Shown here piece after piece: positions 25,197-38,137 of a stretch of 64,000 nt of DNA; the stretch's first letter is position 1; every line of letters starts with the position of its first letter. Source of the stretch: the human T2T-CHM13v2.0 reference genome, Homo sapiens. Below the pieces are notes generated by a model. The model worked only from the letters and a program-made list of their open reading frames with translations, was not told where the DNA came from and did no database searches. Location of the stretch: assembly GCF_009914755.1 (NCBI RefSeq), contig NC_060929.1. The stretch is one strand, 5' to 3'. A program made the translations under genes and the position numbers.

Positions 25197-25597
25197 TGTT
25201 ATAGGCTGAACTGTATCCACCTCCCTACCCCCTCCCAATTCATATGATGAAGTTCTAACCCTTAGTGACTCAGAATGTGACTGGATTTAGAGATGGGGCC
25301 TTCAAAGAGGTCATTAAAGTAAAATGAGGTCATATTGTATGGCCCTGATCCAATCAGGTGTCCTTATAAGAAGAGATTAGGACACAGACATGCATGCCCA
25401 CGGAGAGGAGACCATGTGAAGACACAGTCAGGATGAGACCAGCTACAGACCACAGAGGGAGGCCTTGGAAGAAGTCAATCCTGCCGACACATTGATCCAG
25501 GACTTCTTGCCTCCAGAGCGGTGAGAAAACACCTTTCTGCTGTTTAAGCCACCCAGTCTGTGATATTTTGTTATGGCAGCCCTGGCAAACCAATACA
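25197..25597 (+). mobile_element. MLT1A/B (ERVL-MaLR) solo LTR
   Basis: Starts TGTTATAGGCTGAACTGT, contains CTCAGAATGTGACT and GGTGTCCTTATAAGAAGAG, ends TTGTTATGGCAGCCCTGGCAAACCAATACA. Confidence 0.88.
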
Positions 25598-27344
25598 GGC
25601 TTGCAACAGACCTTGATAGATGAAGGTTATTATTGTTACTTTTTCCATTGAGACACCCAGATATAAATGTGTAAGCTGGGTAAAAAGGGCTGGCTTGTAG
25701 TTGATGGTGACTAACCATCCACTGAATAAATTGAAGAGCATAACAAAGGATGAATCCTTAAATATCCCCAGCCAGCATGCCACAGCGCTAGAAATTCCCA
25801 GCTCATTTATGTCAAAGCACTGATAGGTCCTTTTAAGATTCATATTAAGCCATTATCCTCCATTAAAGTCTTTAGAGAAATAATTTAGAAGATTATAGGT
25901 CATCTTAGAGACCAGGATCTTGAGAGCATAATATCCAGAGCAAATAAGGTCCAAAGGGCTAAGGGAGAAGGAGACCACTAGGATACAGGGCACTGTGGGT
26001 GAAGAAACTCCCCCAGAGAGTTGACAAAGATATAACAAAGAGATGTGCCTATGTGTGGCCCCTGAGTCCAAGGAAGGCAGGCACTCAGACAGAGTGAAGG
26101 TGCTGATAAACTGCCACTGAAGACAAGTTTTCTTAAATGATAGATTTGTTTCCGGCCTATAGATGAGATTTGTTTATCCCCAGGAGACACCATCTGTGTG
26201 TATGTATGTGTGTTTGTTCTCACACAAATTCACCCTGCAAAATCAGAATGGCCACATAGGATTCTGAATTCAAATTCAGACATTGAAGGTCAAAGGATGT
26301 CTCAGCTTGGTTACAATTAAGACACTCATGAAGAGAAGAGGATGAGTTTATAGAAGGTTAAAAAGAGAACCGAAGAAGGGAATGAGGAAATAAATTGAAA
26401 ATATGAAGAAGGCATAATAGGTACTACCCACAAGATACTAGAGACAAAGGAAATCTTAAAGTCAGAAAAAATCAGACTGAGAAAACTCAAAATATCTTTT
26501 AAAAACCTGTTATTACAATTCTTTCTTTCCAATGTTTCAGCCAATTCCTTGTCAGTGCAAATCAGCTAAGTGAGGACTAATTAATGGCCTTCTCTTAATA
26601 ACTCTTCATGAACTTTCATCATCCTTTGACTTAGAGGAGGCTAAAACTAAGTGAACTAAAGAAGAAAAATAAATTAAAGCAAGTGAATCAAATCCCACTA
26701 AAAGCAGACAACATTTACTTCACTGCAAGTCAACACTGATGCCAAACCAGTTAGTCAGATTGGTTGGGCTGTCAAGAAATACGCAAATCTGAAATTTTAA
26801 GTGGAAGAAAACTTCCAGACCTCAATTTCCTCACTGACAAAATTATAGAGTTGAACTAGATGACTCTAATTTTCATTTCAGCCATATTATTTTTGTGATT
26901 TTGTAATACAATAACTTTCTTTAAATTTTTCTGCTTATCAGATATTAGCAAAGGTTGCAATGGCCTATTAAGGATAAAAGGAAATGACTTGAAGCTTATA
27001 ATTCTAAAGGTTCTATTATCAAAAACATGAATGCTAAATCAGATAATTTTCCAAATGTTAAGTTCAATGTTCTCCATTTGGCTTTTATTTTTCATATGAC
27101 CAGCCCAAAATTTAAGTGTGAAGTCATTTCTTGGACAATGACTTCTTTTATGTTGAGTTTGCCAAAGCTGAATTTTATTTAAAATTCTCTTAGTTGCCCA
27201 TTTTATGACAGTTCCAACATATTCACCAACAACACCTTCTTTATCTGGTAGAAACCGTGGAACCAAAATGCCATGAGACAAATGATCATGATCCTTCTGA
27301 TGGAAAAACTTTCCATTCCAGTAAAAATGTCTAAGGTAGTATTT

Positions 27345-27787
27345 TATTTTGATTATTATTATTATTTTTTAAATGATGGAGTTTTGAGGCTGGGCATGAT
27401 GGCTCATGCCTGTAATTTTAGCACTTTGGGAGGCCGAGGTGGGTGGGTCACCTGAGGTCAGGAGTTTGAGACCAGCCTGACCGAAGTGGTGAAACACCTT
27501 CTCTACTAAAAATACAAAAATTAGCTGGGCGTAGTGGCAGGTGCCTGTAATCTTAGCTACTCAGGAAGCTGAAGCAGGAGAATTGTTTGAACGTTAGAGG
27601 CGGAGGTTGCGGTGAGCCGAGATCATGCCGTTGCACTCCAGCCTGGGCAACACAGCAAGATTCCATTTTTTAAAAAAGGAGTTTTTCTATGTTGCCCAGG
27701 CTGGTCTCAAACTCCTGGTCTCAAGTAATCCTCCTACCTCGGACTCCTGAAGTATTGGGATTACAGGCGTGAGGCACTGCATCTGGC
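27345..27787 (-). mobile_element. FLAM/Alu left monomer split by a sense AluS
   Basis: (ATT)n tail and GATGGAGTTTT before the AluS; resumes CTATGTTGCCCAGGCTGGTCTCAAACTCCTGG...GCATCTGGC after it. Confidence 0.8.
27388..27677 (+). mobile_element. AluS (Sx-like) nested in the FLAM
   Basis: GGCTGGGCATGATGGCTCA...CACCTGAGGTCAGGAGTTTGAGACC...; partial TSD GGAGTTTT at 27378-27385 and 27678-27685. Confidence 0.92.
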
Positions 27788-28453
27788 TAAGATGCTGTTT
27801 TATAAACTAGTAATAATAATAAAAAAACTCAGCAATAGCACATTCATGTTTGCAAAATACCAGTAACAAAATACATCTCAAACACTCCAATTGTATAGCT
27901 TGCTTTAAAAACAAAACAAAACAAAAACATGCTTTGGATCTTAGAGTTAGCAAAATAAAAACAAGAAAATACATGATTAACACCTATTAAAGTCAATGGA
28001 AGGTAAACTTTCAGTTCTCCTTGGGTTTTGTTGGAAATGAAGTTAGAAAAGTTGGTGATTTTTAATTATTGCTTAAGATGACTCCACAGCACCGAAGATG
28101 AAGAACCACTTTAATCAAACCTAGTTTGTAAGTTTCTTGAAAGCAATAGTCATTTTTGGTTCATCTCTGTATCTTCCATGACATTTAACATAATACATAA
28201 TAGGCATTTTATATACATTAAATTAAATACATGAATGAAGGGGCTACTTTTCTGAATTTGAACAGATCAGAAGCATTAGAAATTCATCTAACTTGAGCTG
28301 ATTTGTGAAGGGTAATTTTCCTTGGGAGAAGAGTGGGTCTTGTCTTATACCACCCAGGAATGGAAACATTAGTAGAAGAGAATGAATTAAAAATGAACTT
28401 GAAGAAAAGGAATAAATACAATTCAAATAGCATTAAAAGCTTAATCATTTGTA

Positions 28454-28752
28454 TGCCAGGTGCAGTGGCTCACGCCTGTAATCCCAGCACTGTGGGATCA
28501 CTTGAGGTCAGGAGGTCATGACCAGCCTGGCCAACATGGTGAAACCCTGTCTCTACTAAAAAATACAAAAATTAGCTGGGTGTGGTGGCACACACCTGTA
28601 ATCCCAGCTACTCAGGAGGCTGAGGCAGGAGAATCGCTTGAGCCCGGGAGGTGGAGGTTGCAGAAGCCGAGATCGTGCCACTGCACTCCAGCCAGGGCAA
28701 CAGAGCAAGACTGCTCCGTCACAAAAAAATACAAAACAAACAAACAAAAAAA
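28454..28752 (+). mobile_element. AluS element with a small left-arm deletion
   Basis: CAGCACTGTGGGATCACTTGAGG lacks the AGGCCGAGGCGGGCG segment; (AAAC)n tail; degenerate TSD AAAGCTTAATCATTTG / AAACCTTAGTAATTTG. Confidence 0.92.
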
Positions 28753-29512
28753 ACCTTAGTAATTTGAGCTTTTTTTTTTCTTTTTTTGACATGAAATGTA
28801 CTGTGAAGTATGAAACAGTTCAAGTAAACAACAAGAGTTAAATAATATATGGTTCGGACACATTTGCATATTAGATTAAATAATCATACATAATGTACCT
28901 ATGAACAGCTAGTAAAGCGTCACTGAAAGAGGAATTACTTTTGTCTTTTTTATGAATGGGCTGCTCAGTCTTGGCTCATCATTTCATGCTTTTCAGCTTG
29001 AGAAAGTTAACAAGCAGCTTTCAGGGCTATAGTTTACTAGCCCAGTTTTAGGAAGGAAGTAAGCAAGGAAAGTCATAAGCCCTTTCAAAGACATTGCAGG
29101 CCGGTGTAGACGTAGTTTTGATTTGTTTACTGCTGCTGCAAACTTGGCATGACATATTAATTTGAATGGTGATACTGTTCTTTATTACCATCCTTCATGA
29201 GAGTAAAAACAGTCAACGAAAGAGATGGAAATTGTCTTCTGGGTCCCCTGGGGTTTCCAATCCATGTCATTGATTGGAAATCTACGTATTTTACCCCTTC
29301 AAAATGTTTAATTATCACAACATTCATATTATGCATGCTGTACACTCTGCTTTCGTAACAATGCTCATGGATAATTGAAATCAACAATCTACTTTAAGAA
29401 AACCATGCCATCTAATACATCAAACTAGAAGAAGGATTCAATTGTTTGAATAATCCAAGTTTGACATTTAAATCAGGTACATTATGCACATTTTCCCCTC
29501 CCTGCTGAGGGG

Positions 29513-29778
29513 CACGTGCAGGAAGAACAGACAGATCTTGTTGCTCCCTGATAAGGTCAGAGAAGCTTAGCTAGATTGTAGTGATGCTTAAAGCTCATTG
29601 GTTTTGCCTACGGAGCACAAAGCTGTTACCATGACTACAAAACTGCTGTTGCTAAGGCATCCACAGGCTCATCTGATGTCAGGGCTTCCAGGTGGCCCAG
29701 CACAAAAGCTATTACTTTATGTTGTTGTCAAGAAGTCTTTGAATAGTAGTATATAGCTAAAACAATTCCAGGTAAACA
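29513..29778 (+). promoter_or_regulatory. Candidate promoter/enhancer: E-box, GATA, CCAAT, two RFX X-box-like sites, CRE-like and forkhead motifs
   Basis: CACGTG 29513-29518; TGATAA 29549-29554; ATTGG 29597-29601; GTTACCATGACTAC 29625-29638; GTTGCTAAGGCATC 29648-29661; TGATGTCA 29674-29681; GTAAACA 29772-29778; no repeat recognised. Function is inferred. Confidence 0.4.
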
Positions 29779-30238
29779 AGGTTTCCTATACTTTTTCATG
29801 TAGACAGAGGATACTCTTCAAAGTGGAAGTAAATGATTGGAAATGAATCTATTTCTCCTAATTAGCCCATCAGAGAAATACTAAAGTTGGAGGGAGAAAA
29901 GTATGCACAGCCTGTATTAAATTACTGCTTTATTTGTCATTTCCTAAATGTAAATTTAAAGGTAATGGAAAATTTTTAAATAACCTCACAAACATTTGTA
30001 AAGCATTTCGATTGGCAAGTCGAAACAGCCAACTCACTGATAAGAATTGGCAGTGTTACAAAGCTGGAAAACACAGGGTCACAAAATGCACCAGAGGGGG
30101 CAATTCATCCACACTCTTGTCTCTGTAATAGACAGCATCAATTAATTATGTACCTATGCCAATGCTAAATATAGCCTTTTGGGTGTGACAGTCATATAAT
30201 GATATTCATGAGTACTATTTTCCTAGTGAGGAAAAGAT

Positions 30239-30280
30239 AGAGAGAGAGAGAGAATAGAAGATAGATAGATGATAGATAGA
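30239..30280. repeat. (AG)n/(GATA)n microsatellite
   Basis: Seen directly. Confidence 0.9.
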
Positions 30281-30464
30281 CCTTCTTGGGATCTTAACTT
30301 TGAGGTCAGTTGAGCTGCTATGCTACATTGTCCCTTTATCTACCACCTTCCCCTCCCATGAAGCTTGTGTAGCAAGCCCCCACCACGTCTGAGTGTAATG
30401 CTACTTCTGATAGTGTGCTTTAGTTGGTAGACAGGTAGGGCTAGGATGAGGTTAACGAGGGAGA

Positions 30465-30690
30465 ATAATAGCTAAAACATGAGTCTTTATTATTTGGCAG
30501 ACACTGTGCTAGGCACTTAACACCTATAACTTCATTTAGTACTTAAACCTTTACCATGAGGTAGGTAATCTTATTTTCTTATTACAGATAAGGCACCAGG
30601 GAAGTTAGTACAAGATCATATAGTAAGTGGTTGGTCTGAGATTGAAACCGATGTATATATGATACCAAGTCTGTTCATTGGTCTGCTTTA
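30465..30690 (-). mobile_element. MIR SINE
   Basis: AATAATAGCTAA...GGCAGACACTGTGCTAGGCACTT...ATGAGGTAGGTA...TTACAGATAAGG. Confidence 0.75.
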
Positions 30691-30784
30691 GTATGCTACC
30701 TCAGGAATGTTACCTAAACTGTGGATGAATATTTACCTCTATTAAATAGAGCTTGAAAAATGAGTGGTGGAAGGGTTCATGGCA

Positions 30785-30975
30785 TCACAGTGGAGCACCC
30801 AGAAGGGACTTTTAAAGATCTTCTAATCTAGTCCCTGATGCTGGAACCACCTATCACCTCTACATAAGTCCCACTTATAATATCAACCAGACAGAACTCC
30901 TCTACTAACCAGGAACTCATTATCTCCTCAGGCAAACATGTATGTTAGAAATGTATTCATTTTATTGAGCCTGTC
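30785..30975. mobile_element. L3/CR1-like ancient LINE fragment
   Basis: AGAAGGGACTTTTAAAGATCTTCTAATCTA...GGAACTCATTATCTC...TGTTAGAAA..TTCATTTTATTGAGCC. Confidence 0.5.
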
Positions 30976-31128
30976 TCCCAGCTGGTGCTGGGATCTGGTA
31001 GAAAGCCAGGTTTTGTCTATTTGGCTAAGACCTGGGCAAGGCTGAGCCTATTGTATTCAGTGTATTATATGCAGGCCTGGGTGTGGATGGGACAAGTAGA
31101 GAGGCTCTTGGAGTAACACTGCAAGAAT

Positions 31129-31589
31129 GGTGAGAGGTCTAAGGTTTTACCCTTTACTTGTTGGCAAACAAGTGAGTTGGCCAATTTCTTCCAGGATGCT
31201 GGCAGAAAATGTGAGATTCCTGGTGCCGAGATAGGAGAGTTTATTACTCAATGCAATAGCAGTAGCCAGAGTATGAGCATTTGTGCTGGTTCTCTGAGCC
31301 CCAATTCCTGCAGGGCAATGTGAAAAGTGTCAGCTGACACCTGCACATGCAGTGGCTTGTGTCATAAGGGAGAACCTACAAGCTTAGGGAATATAATATT
31401 TTATAATGGATAGTAAAGCTTGCCTGAACTTTGTCCCAGAAGGAGAAATAATGTCTGTCTTCCACAGTCATTATATATATGTTGCTATACAAATATCCTT
31501 GGAAAATAGTCCAGAATAGAGGCAGCTGGTATATCTGCTGGAAAGACGTGCAGAAAAAAGAGAAAGTCATAGAAAATTATCTTCTAACA
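31129..31589 (-). mobile_element. Solo LTR, LTR47-like
   Basis: GGATGCTGGCAGAAAATGTGAGATTCCTGG...TTTATTACTCA..CAATAGCAGTAGCCAGAGTAT...AAGACGTGCAGAAA, ending CTAACA. Confidence 0.65.
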
Positions 31590-31924
31590 AATACCTCTTT
31601 TGCTGTAACATTCTTGCTATGATATGATCTAGGAACTTAAGTTTTTTTTTTGTTTTTTTTCCTGGCCAGCCACACCACACTGTTACCTCATACTGAATCT
31701 CTACTGACCAGATCGCCTTGCTTTCTAGCATAGCTGCTACAGCTACACCACATTGCCTCAAGCTTTACTTGTGTAATTAGACTTTTTTAAAAAATTAAAA
31801 TTCAACCTTTATATTTCTTTCTATAACCTTCTTTTTCAGAAGAATAGAGGGAACAGCATCCTGGCCCAAGCTGAACTGTGGCAATAGCCTCCTAACCGGG
31901 TTCTCCACAAAGTACCCTGCTTGC

Positions 31925-32250
31925 TTCTCTTTCTTTTTTTTTCTTCTTCTTCTTTTTTTTTTTTTTAGACAGAGTCTTGCTCTGTTGCCCAGGCTGGAGT
32001 GCAGTGGCACAATCTTGGCTCACTGCAACCTCCGCCTCCCATGTTCAAGTGATTCTCCTGCCTCCTCAGCCTCCTGAGTAGCTGGGATTACAGGTGTGTG
32101 CCACCACACCCAGGTAATTTTTGTATTTTTAGTAGAGACTTAATTTCACCATGTTGGCCAGGTTGGTCTCAAACTCCTGACCTCAAGTGATCTGCCCACC
32201 TCAGCTTCCCACAGTGCTGGGATTACAGGCGTGAGTCACCATGCCCGGTC
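31925..32250 (-). mobile_element. AluS (Sx/Sz-like) inserted in L2
   Basis: CT/T-rich tail plus full antisense Alu dimer. Confidence 0.93.
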
Positions 32251-32254
32251 CCAT

Positions 32255-32820
32255 AGTTGCCTCTCATGATTTCAGTCCCTAACCTGCAGTGAACATTATG
32301 TTTTAGCTATGCAGTACTTATCATGTCCTAATTTCTGACTTTCATTTTCTATAAAATAAAACTATTTTATAACTTCTCTTTTAAAAGCTAAAACCTGAAT
32401 AACCGGGCTGACAGGGTCCAGTCTACATTCCATCCTCACCTTGAAACACTCTTCTTCCCCTTTCTATTCCTGCCATAAAATTGTTTGAAGGGGCCTTTAA
32501 ACATGCCATGCGTCAGAGCCTTCGTACTTGGAGTTCTCACTGCCTGGAATGAGCTCTCCTCATTGCTCCCTTTAGCTTAACTAATTTCTATTCTAACTTG
32601 CAGGTTTTAGCTTCTAAGTTATTTCTTCATGGAAATCTTTCCTGACACCCATACTAGATTGTTTGCTTATGTTATATTTCTAGAATGTGCTGTCCTTTGT
32701 AGAACTCACCACCCTTGTAACTAATGTCAGTCTTCACCTTTAAATTCCAAAGGGCAAGTCTGTTCTGGCTCCATCACCCAACAAAATGCCCATAACAGTG
32801 TTCAACGAACATGTGCTAAC
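32255..32820 (+). mobile_element. L2 LINE 3' region
   Basis: CAGAGCCTTCGTACTTGGAGTTCTCACTGCCTGGAATG...GGAAATCTTTCCTGACACCC are L2 blocks. Confidence 0.65.
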
Positions 32821-32941
32821 TGACTTCCCAAATAAGCTTCACATTTTCCAGCTTGCCTCAACTACATGTTCATGGGATGAAATAATGGGAAACGAGTGAG
32901 GGGTATACTGTCTAGAATCTTCCAAGCAATACTGAGGCATT

Positions 32942-33397
<456 letters not shown>

Positions 33398-33659
33398 TTA
33401 CAACTTCAGCTCTCCAGAGTCACAGCTATAAGTGCTTAGAAATACAGACTTGGTCACATAATCATTTGGGATTTAGAATTTCTCCAAATTCAATTCATAA
33501 ATTGAAAAACATTCAAATTCATGAATCCTTTAGAGAGCTGTGGAAGTAATGATGTCTAGAAGAACTAAAATTCCATGGAGGAAACACCATTCAATTTTTG
33601 TCTGAGGATCAGCAGATTTTATTTTTACTGTGAATATTTGCTATTTCTGGGCATGAGAT

Positions 33660-35115
33660 AGAGGTTGAATATTGGGGCTTGATCTAAACCTTCTGTAAAG
33701 CAGAGTGAAGTCACCTGCAGGCTTACAAAGCAGTGACCTTTGTGGGAGGATGCCTGAACTAAAGCACCTGCAGGTGATTTGCCAAGGGGTCAAAGGCCAC
33801 CAGATTATCAACAGAAGCCCTGGAGGAGTCTAAGTAGAGTGATGAACTATAGGAAGAAAGACTGAGTTTCACCAAAACTGTAACACTACCCTGAATTAGC
33901 TCAGTCTGATTGGATTACATGGATCATACAGCTACCCTATCTGCCTATTAGAGGAAATGTTAAATACTATCTAGGGAAGATAATATCATCTGGAAGCTCT
34001 ATAATTCATTTGTATTCAATATTTAAAATAAAATAAAAATTACTTGACACAAGATGAGAAATGACAATTTGGTTAGTAACCAGATTCAGAACTTGAAGTT
34101 AGCAGCCTAGAACTTTAAAAATAATTATGATTAATATGTTCAAAAAAACAAGAAAAGACAGAAGAGATATATGAAATCATAAAAAATTTAACAGAATTGA
34201 AATCTATAAAAAAGTATCAAATGCACATTCTATAATTTAAAAATACAACATTTAAAGTTAAAAATTTAGTGGATGAATTTAATAATGGATTGGAAGACTG
34301 GATTAGTAAACTGGATAATAAATTAATAGAAAATGCCCAGTGAAGTACACGGAGGGAGAAAATAAGTAGACGATAAATGGACATAAGTGTAAGAATCATG
34401 TGAGGTATACACAAAATTCTAATATTTTTATAACTGATTCACAAAAGAAAAAAGACATAGGCTGAAGCAGAAGCAATTTCTGAACATGTAAGAGTAAAGA
34501 ATTCTTTATAATCAATGAAAGAACTCAGATCACAGACTTAAGAAGCTTAGAGAACCCCATGTAGGAAAAATGCTAAGAAAATCATACATAGGCACATCAT
34601 AGCCAAATTGGCCGAAAATCAGACCCAGAGAAAATCTTAAAAGTGACAGAGAAGAAGGACACTTAACATTGAAAGAAACCACAATAATACTGGCATCCCC
34701 TGAGAAGTGATAATAAGCCAGACACATTTAAAGTGAATATGACTTATTTAAATTACATATTTAAAGCACTGAAAGAAAAGAACCACCAACCTTGATTTCT
34801 ATGCACAGTGACTTCTGAGTTATTTTTTCATCAATAGGCTGACTAAACAAAAACAATAAAAGGAGTTGTCTACGCAGAAGGAAAAGTAGGCTAGATAAAA
34901 ACAAAAATGTCAGTGGGAAGAAAGAACATGGGAGAGAGAAAATATATGGGTAAATATAAATGAAATTGACCATACAAAGCAGTATCATAATATTTCTGGT
35001 GATTAAAACATACACTGCATTCAAATGCATGACAACAATAATACAGACGGCAGGGAGGTGGGAAGTAGATTTAAAGTATTCTAAGGCTATAGCCTAATGA
35101 AGGAAGTGGTAAAAA
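33660..35115 (+). mobile_element. Ancient L1M fragment (5'/ORF1 and inter-ORF region)
   Basis: A-rich ORF1-like sequence (ATTAATATGTTCAA, TAGGCACATCATAGCCAAATTG, AGAGAAAATCTTAAAAG); boundaries approximate. Confidence 0.65.
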
Positions 35116-35364
35116 AAATTTTGCTTTATTAGCAAGGAAGCATGATTTCAATTCTGCAATTGTATTTCCTAAATAAAGCCCAATGAACATGGTTGACTTT
35201 ATACCCAATGTTAGTGTCCTTTTATATTACAAATTCCATTACCATATTGCCACATTCTTGCAAGCATCCTTCCACTTCCATATTCTCTATAAGTTTTTCT
35301 TGGCCAGAATTAAGGCCAGAGTAGACCCAAGTCTTATTATTTCCTCTACTTTCTAGGCAATTAA

Positions 35365-35784
<420 letters not shown>

Positions 35785-36174
35785 TAATGTGCACCATTAA
35801 AATCTATTATCTGGCTGGCTGGCTTGTAGGAATATCCCCTCAATTATTTTACTCATTTACTTCTTTTCTTTTATCCTCAACTCCGTGTGCCTCCTCTCTA
35901 CCTTGCTGATCTAAGAAGCACTAATATTTTACTTCTAGTCCTTTTCCTTTTCATTTCAACCTGTTTCTTTTGAACAAGAATATCCTTTCAGGGACATGTT
36001 CTCATTCCTTTTCACCAGGTCTGTGAGATAGTGATGATCCTCTGTTCATGTTTATTTGTGGAAATTGATATTTTATTTGTGGACTAGTCATTATCTTGTC
36101 CTACCCATCTTTTCCTTTGTTTCATTTCCTAGGAATTTCAAACTATTTCCTTCTCTCTCAATAGTGATGTAGAT

Positions 36175-36400
36175 ACAACCCAGACCTGAGCCAGATTCCC
36201 TTGCTTCAAAATCCCAGCTCCAATAACTGCAGGACGACCATGGTTGTTTTTCTTAACTTCTCTGACTTCATTTCCTTATCTCTAAAACGACAATGAAAAT
36301 AATAGTATCTACCATTATTTGAGATTTGGAGGGTTTTGCTTGAGTTAATGTAAATAGAACTCTTAATCACTTGTGCCAAACTGCTTGTTCCATAAATGCT
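36175..36400 (+). mobile_element. MIR SINE
   Basis: GAGCCAGATTCCC..TTCAAAATCCCAGCTCC...CTTAACTTCTCTGACTTCATTTCCTTATCT...AATAATAGTATCTACC. Confidence 0.75.
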
Positions 36401-36848
36401 GGCTTTTGTTCTTCCTCCTTCTTTGCTTTTTCTTTTCTTTGATGCCCTGCTTTATGGTTTTATGCAATTTAAAAAATTTTTCCTTTACATTTCAGTTTAG
36501 AAATCTTTCCAGTCTGGCTAATCTTAACACAAATTTTATTCCTGTATTGACCCAAAATTTTCTGCCTCTGTGCATGCCTTCCACGTGTTGCTCTACTTCT
36601 GCCCTGAAAGGCTTCAGAAAACAGAGTTGCCTTTTCCACATAGAAGCTCTTCCAAAAAACACCTGTTTTATCTCCCGTAGGGGGTGTCATCTGTAAACTA
36701 ACTGCTATCATTTCATCTCTCCATTCTTCAAGAAACATTTCTACCCCTGGATTATCACTTTCTTGTCTGGCAGGGAAGGTGAAGTGTATCTGCAATGCTG
36801 ATCATCTTGGGACAATGCACATTGCACAAATGCACATACAGCTGATCC

Positions 36849-36893
36849 TTTGAACACGTGGATTTGAACACGTGGATTTGAACACATGGATTT
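36849..36893. repeat. 14-bp tandem repeat, about 3.2 copies (TTTGAACACGTGGA)
   Basis: Units at 36849, 36863 and 36877 (third unit has CACATG). Confidence 0.95.
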
Positions 36894-37116
36894 CCTGTTG
36901 CTTCTGCCACCCCTCAGAAAGCAAGACGAACTTCTCCTCTTCCTACTCTTCCTCAGGCTACTCAATGTAAAGTTGATGAGGATAAAAACCTTTATGATGA
37001 TTCACTTCCACTTAAAAAATAGTAAATATGTTCTCCCCCTTATGATTTTGTTAATAACATTTTCTTTTCTCTAGCTTACTTTATTGTAAAAATACAGCAT
37101 ATAATACGTACAATAT

Positions 37117-37701
37117 AGACAGTGTGGTGATTCCTCAAAGACCTAAAGACAGAAATATATTCAACCTAGCAATCCTATTACTGGATATATACCCAAAGGA
37201 ATATAAATTAGTCTATTATAAAGACACATGCACACATATGTTCATTGCAACGCTATTCACACTAGCAAAGACATGGAATCAATCTAAATGCCCATCAATG
37301 GTAGACTGGATAAAGAAAATGTGGTACATTGACACCATGGAATACTATCCCACCATACAAAAGAACAAGATCGTGTCCTTTGCAGGAACATGGATGAAGC
37401 TGGAAGCCATTATCCTTAGCAAACTAACACAAGAACAGAAAACCAAATACTGCATGTTTTCACTTATAAGTGGGAGCTAAATGATGAGAACACGTGGACA
37501 TATAGAGGGGAACGACACACACTGGGGCCTGTTAGAGGGTGGAGGTTGGGAGGAGGGAGAGGATCAGGAAAAATAACCAATGGGTACTAGGCTTAATACT
37601 TGGGTGATGAAATAATCTGTACAACAAACTCCCATGACACGTTTACCTATGTAACAAACCTGCACGTGTACCCCTGAACTTAAAATAAAAGTTAAAAAAA
37701 A
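37117..37701 (+). mobile_element. 5'-truncated L1 3' end (L1PA13-15-like)
   Basis: ORF2 C-terminal ...WIKKMWYIDTMEYY...; 3'UTR GGATCAGGAAAAATAACCAATGGGTACTAGGCTTAATAC...CCCCTGAACTTAAAATAAAAGTT. Confidence 0.9.
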
Positions 37702-38137
37702 CACCAAAATATATGTTAACTGACTACATTATCAGTAAGGCTTTCAGTCAACAGTAAGCTATTAGTAGTTACATTTGGGGGGAGTCAGAAATTATACATG
37801 GATCTTCAATTGCGTGGCGGTCAGTATCTCTAAATCTCTAACGCTTGCATTGTTCAAAGACCTCCAATATCCTGTGTTCCTGATTTTAAAAATTGCAACC
37901 TACTTAGATCAAGTTATCGGCCTTGACATACATAAGTAGCCTAAGAAAAAGACCTAAAAATTAAACTGAGGAGGGCAACAGGAGAGTGCAAAGCTGGAGA
38001 GGAAGGTGTAGGGTGGCCTATACCATGGGGAAACAAAGTGAGGCTAGGCATGAAAACCAAGTTACCTTCCCATACCAGCCCAGAGCTTGCCTCAGTACAC
38101 ACAGCGACACTGGGAAAAAAAATGCGATTTATTTATT

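Larger units (their letters stand above)
36839..37866 (+). mobile_element. Tigger2a-like DNA transposon interrupted by an L1 3' fragment
   Basis: TA|CAGCTGATCCTTTGAAC terminus; CTGCCACCCCT..AGCAAGAC...GATGAGGATAAAAACCTTTATGATGAT...; resumes at ~37705 with GTCAACAGTAAGCTATTAGTAGTTA...TTGTTCAA. Confidence 0.85.

Noticed and set aside
29254-29280. 9-bp inverted repeat TTTCCAATC/GATTGGAAA with facing CCAAT boxes; similar 9-bp repeat at 16977-17005
   Set aside because: A few 9-bp stems with short loops are expected by chance in 64 kb of AT-rich DNA.
29157-29387. 76-aa minus-strand ORF in unique DNA; likewise 24422-24616 and 19850-20056
   Set aside because: No recognisable domain or homologue, and lengths are expected by chance.
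36849-36893. CRISPR-like repeat array
   Set aside because: The units abut with no spacers, there are no cas genes, and the DNA is primate.
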